This document shows positions 59,513-63,173 of a DNA stretch of 63,173 bases, piece after piece. The stretch is from Pseudomonadota bacterium (GTDB taxonomy: Bacteria > Pseudomonadota > Alphaproteobacteria > Sphingomonadales > Sphingomonadaceae): the NCBI GenBank assembly GCA_038522255.1, contig JBCBKF010000001.1, positions 1 through 63,173 on the forward strand. The letters are read 5' to 3'. The notes beneath the pieces are model-generated. The model did not search any database. It saw nothing but the letters and a program-made list of their open reading frames with translations, and had not been told where the DNA came from. The number at the start of each line of letters is the position of its first letter. Position 1 is the stretch's first letter. Made by a program: the position numbers and the translations under genes.

Positions 59513-61530
59513 GTCTTTCCCTCAGTGTTTGGCCTTCTTGGCGCCGTCGATGAATGCGTCGATCACCGGCTTGCCCTGGTAGAACACAGAGGAGGGGATG
59601 TCGTTGGATGGGTCACACCACCAGACGTAGCGTTGGGCGTCATTTGCAGCCTCATCCAAGCGTGCGCGCAACGACTCGATCTCGTTCCAAAGTCGGCGGA
59701 ATCGCTTGGTCGCGAGATTGATCGGCGCATCGCATTCGTTCGCGCGGATGATGTCCAGCGACTCGTCTGATACGTGGTCTCTGTAGCTCATGCCTTTCTC
59801 TCAAGTAGGGTGGGCGCCCGATCCTCTATTTGCGGCATCACTCGCAAAAGCCCGCCGTTAAGGTCGCGGACTACACCTTCGGGCGCCCGTTGAATATTCG
59901 ACCTGGCGCGCTTCTCCCGCTGCTCCTCGTAGGCGCGCAGCGTGTCGGCGGCGTCGTTCAGGTCGATCTTGTCCATGTCAGGTGTGGATCAGCCAAAGCA
60001 AGGAGAGGGCGGCGGCGCCGACCGCAATCCCAGCGAGGAACAGGGCCGAGCCGATCAGCAGGTCGTTGTTTTTCGGCAAGGCGAGCACCGCGCTGGGCCC
60101 GTATGCCTCTTCAAGCGTCCGGCTGACGTTGTATTCGAGAATTTCCTGTGTCTGCGCTCGCATTACGCCACCACATGCGTCAGTTTCAGAGCGACGGCAA
60201 CCAGATAGATGCCGGCGAGGATCACGTACAGCAGGCGGCGATTGCGCGCCTTCTCTTCAAAGCTGTAGAAGCGGTCATGCATGATTGCCCCCTTGTTTCC
60301 AGTTCGGCCAGTTGATCGGAGGAAGTCCGGAAACGCGATGGACAATCCTCTTTTCCGTGATGCGTTCAAGAAATTCGTCCGTTTCCTTGATGACATCAAT
60401 GGCATCTGGAATGCGGCCGAGCAGGTCTTTGTGCGTTACCGACCCATCGTCGTTGACGAATCGGTTTCTCATCCATGGCAGTTCTTGAGTGTTCATGGCG
60501 CACCTCAGAAGTCGTCGCAGAGCGTTTGCAGGCGATCCCATGCGATCCGCTGGTCGTTCAGGTACCAATTGACGCTGGGGCCGTCGACCAAAACAGTCAC
60601 CGAGTCATCCCCGAATTGCTGGCTAAGGGTGGACGCTCGTTTCGCTGCGATCGCGCCGCTATTAGCTCTCTGGAAGAGCTGGTTTAGCTGGGATTGGGTC
60701 ATGTCAGGCTCCAGCTTTGGCGACTGCCGCTTGCAGCATCTGCATCACCTCAACACGCGCTTGCGTGGGCGACAGTTCGCCGATGCATTGGATGGCCGCT
60801 TCTACTGCCTCCAGAAGCTCCGGCGCAGCGGCGATCAGGCGAGCATTGGCCTCGTCGTTACCACCAACCGTCTGGGCGACAAATCCGCCATCGCAGGCGA
60901 TTACCTGGGAAGGATCGGCTTTTCCCCACAGCGACCACGGCCCCGGTGTGAACTTCGCATCCATGTCATTGCTCCCTTGCGGCCAGCATGGCGTCGGCCA
61001 ACTGATAAGCCTCTCGCGCGGCATCACTGAAGAAATCCGCACCGTCAAGCACGCTGTGATGCGAGTTTGCGCAGAAGCCTTGGAGCGCCTTCGCCGCGAA
61101 GTAGTCGCGCAGCGTCATGCCGTTGAAGTCTTCGTCGTGCTGCAGACCCGGCACCGGGAAGGCCGGTTCTTTGAATGTCTTGCTCATGCTCAGGCTCCTT
61201 TCAGGCCGGGTCGAACGTCAGCGCCTGCAGCTTGGCGATCTGGTCGTTGATCTCATTGATGCGCTTGCCCAGGGCTGCACGTACTGCCTCGCGCTGCTTT
61301 TCCAGCGATGCGACTTGAGCAGTGCGGTGGTCGAAGTCATCGGGCAATTCGGCGCTGATCTTGTGGTCGCAGACCTTGACGTAACTCGGGTCTGTTTGGC
61401 TCGCATCGAACGCGAAGAAAATGAAATCCGGCTCAACGCTAAATCGGTCGGTGCGCGTGAAGATGTGGCCGCTAATCTCAATCGTTTTCATGTCTCGTCT
61501 CTCTCGTGTTCAGTGGCGGGGGTTAGGCGG

Positions 61531-62106
61531 CTACATGCGCACCGGCATGACAACGCCAGTGAAGTTCGGAACCGTCGCAAGCTTGACGAGCGCGCCAGCA
61601 TGGCCGTTGTGATGCACACGCGGGTAGTGGCGGTCCGCCCCGGCTCCCGAAAGCGCTTTCTGCACCTTGACGAACTTCATCAGCAGTGCGGGATTGAACT
61701 GCGCCGCTTCGCCGGTCGGTTCTTCCGGGATGACCTTTCTCCACTCCGGGTACTTGGCCTCGATAGGCTTGAACATTGCGCCACCATCTCCCCACGTGAT
61801 GGCCCAATGGGTATCCGACACGGGCTCGATAAACAGCGTGATGGCGTCCCGGATGCGCGTTTTCCGAATGGCCTTGACGGCCGCCGCTGGAACGATCAGC
61901 TGCACGCCTTCTTCCGGAATCCCGCCGTTCGCTGTCTCGTGCGTGATGGTTCCCAGGCAGCGGCCATCGGTTGCAGTGACACGCGTTTCAGTCGCGGTAG
62001 CTTCAATACACACCGCTTCGAGGTAATAACGAATGTCCCCGCTGGCAGCGAGCAACGAGATGCCGCGCAGATGAAAGTCTGGAACGCGGATCGATACCTT
62101 TTCCAT
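61531..62106 (-). CDS. Truncated DNA polymerase III beta-clamp-like protein
   Basis: DIRYYL, ATDGRCL, YPEWRKVIP, FNPALL and VVMPVR match DnaN middle and C-terminal motifs. Confidence 0.75.
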   Translation of the reverse strand: MEKVSIRVPDFHLRGISLLAASGDIRYYLEAVCIEATATETRVTATDGRCLGTITHETANGGIPEEGVQLIVPAAAVKAIRKTRIRDAITLFIEPVSDTHWAITWGDGGAMFKPIEAKYPEWRKVIPEEPTGEAAQFNPALLMKFVKVQKALSGAGADRHYPRVHHNGHAGALVKLATVPNFTGVVMPVRM

Positions 62107-62781
62107 GTCTGTCTATCCCCTGTTGGTCAGCAGCGCCGGTTAGGCTTTGGTCAAAGCAAATGCGTAATGTCCAGACACGCGGAAGAAGCGACCGTCACTC
62201 TTGCGCTGCACTTCATACGTGCCGTGGCCTAGGTCGCGCAACACAACGCATAACTCTCGGCGTCCATAAATGATGAAATAATCTTCCACGGTCATTCCCC
62301 TCATCAGCAGCGCCGCCGTTGGCTGCGCTCGTCGTCTTGTTCGTCTTGGAATTGCTTGGTGTGGTCCGGAGCGTTTTTCACCGCCCAGTGCAGCAGCCAG
62401 ATAACCGATGCGAGGCTGACAATCACCGCCAGCACCATTGCGTGTATCGGGTTCATGCGGCCACCCCATACGGCGAGCGGTCTTTGTCGTAGGCGGCTTG
62501 AGCGTCGGCTTGCAGCGAATCCCACACTTTCTTGTCCTTGATGCCAGGCAGGCTTTCCAGGCTCACCGTCGTACCGGCCAGCGTCACGTCGTCCAGATCC
62601 AGTTCGCCGCGGTCGATCTCGCCCCACAGGTCGACGGCAACATCGCCCAGAAAACCGTGGCCGATGAGTTGCGTCTTCTGGCCCTTGGCGAGCTGCGGTT
62701 GAGCGGCTAGGGCGCGCTCAATGCGAACGGCCTCATTGGTGATGGCGGCTTGCTGGTCAATCGCACGATCATTTAATTTGG

Positions 62782-63173
62782 TCATTGCAAGTGCCTCCAA
62801 CGCTTTCCGCGCACTATGTCGGACACAGTCGGCTGGCTTATGCCGAAATGCACGGCTATGTCTCCTTGCCTCACGCCGCGTTTGGCGGCCTCACGAATCG
62901 CTAGAACTTGTTCGGCGTTTAGCCTGCAGCTTCCGTGCTGCTCCCCTCGCTGGCCGCAGATTCCTTTCCGTCTGCCTTTTTTGGCCATGTCATGCATATT
63001 TTCAGCATGGGTACCAAGGAAAAGATGCGATGGGTTCACGCAGGCGCGCACATCGCAGGTATGACAAACATGCATACCTTCTGGGATCGGCCCAACATAG
63101 AGCTCATATGCCACGCGATGCGCCGGCTTGTTTCTCTTGTCGATAAGAATCCCGCCGTATCCGGTGGTGCGAA
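62782..63173 (-). CDS. HNH endonuclease with C-terminal HTH (3' part; begins at position 89)
   Basis: GYG...AHRVAY...VCHTCDVRACVNPSHL...EN; frame open to the window end. Confidence 0.88.
   Translation of the reverse strand, partial: RTTGYGGILIDKRNKPAHRVAYELYVGPIPEGMHVCHTCDVRACVNPSHLFLGTHAENMHDMAKKGRRKGICGQRGEQHGSCRLNAEQVLAIREAAKRGVRQGDIAVHFGISQPTVSDIVRGKRWRHLQ

Larger units (their letters stand above)
54559..62785 (-). other. Leftward operon of about 20 small, mostly hypothetical early genes
   Basis: Densely packed minus-strand ORFs with ATGA overlaps and GGAG-type RBSs. Confidence 0.8.

Overview
A near-complete, circularly permuted ~63 kb temperate myovirus-type phage genome, probably of a betaproteobacterial host (Ralstonia/Cupriavidus/Burkholderia-like; inferred). 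It appears to be in the excised state: attP is intact at ~1.4 kb and an HNH gene runs across the window ends. Layout: integrase/attP (0.2-2.2 kb); leftward early genes (recombination, methylases, Q-like regulator, nin-like genes, DnaB and initiator, cro-like; 2-22.7 kb); rightward repressor (22.8-23.6 kb); an IS2-group IS3 insertion; a tRNA cluster; rightward terminase, head, contractile tail, baseplate and lysis genes (26.8-54.6 kb) carrying antisense morons; and a second leftward block of small early genes (54.6 kb to the end, continuing from position ~135). The most unusual signals are: (i) two non-coding arrays of interlocking hairpin and cloverleaf modules that share motifs and end in tRNA or tRNA-like elements; (ii) an integrase-N-terminus/GIY-YIG fusion gene facing the integrase across attP; (iii) a C5 methyltransferase apparently split over two overlapping frames; (iv) about 15 dispersed copies of a 16-bp operator; (v) SymR-like antisense modules, one with no apparent target gene; (vi) a putative operator-controlled sRNA interrupted by the IS. 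All family assignments come from motif recognition by eye, not database searches.
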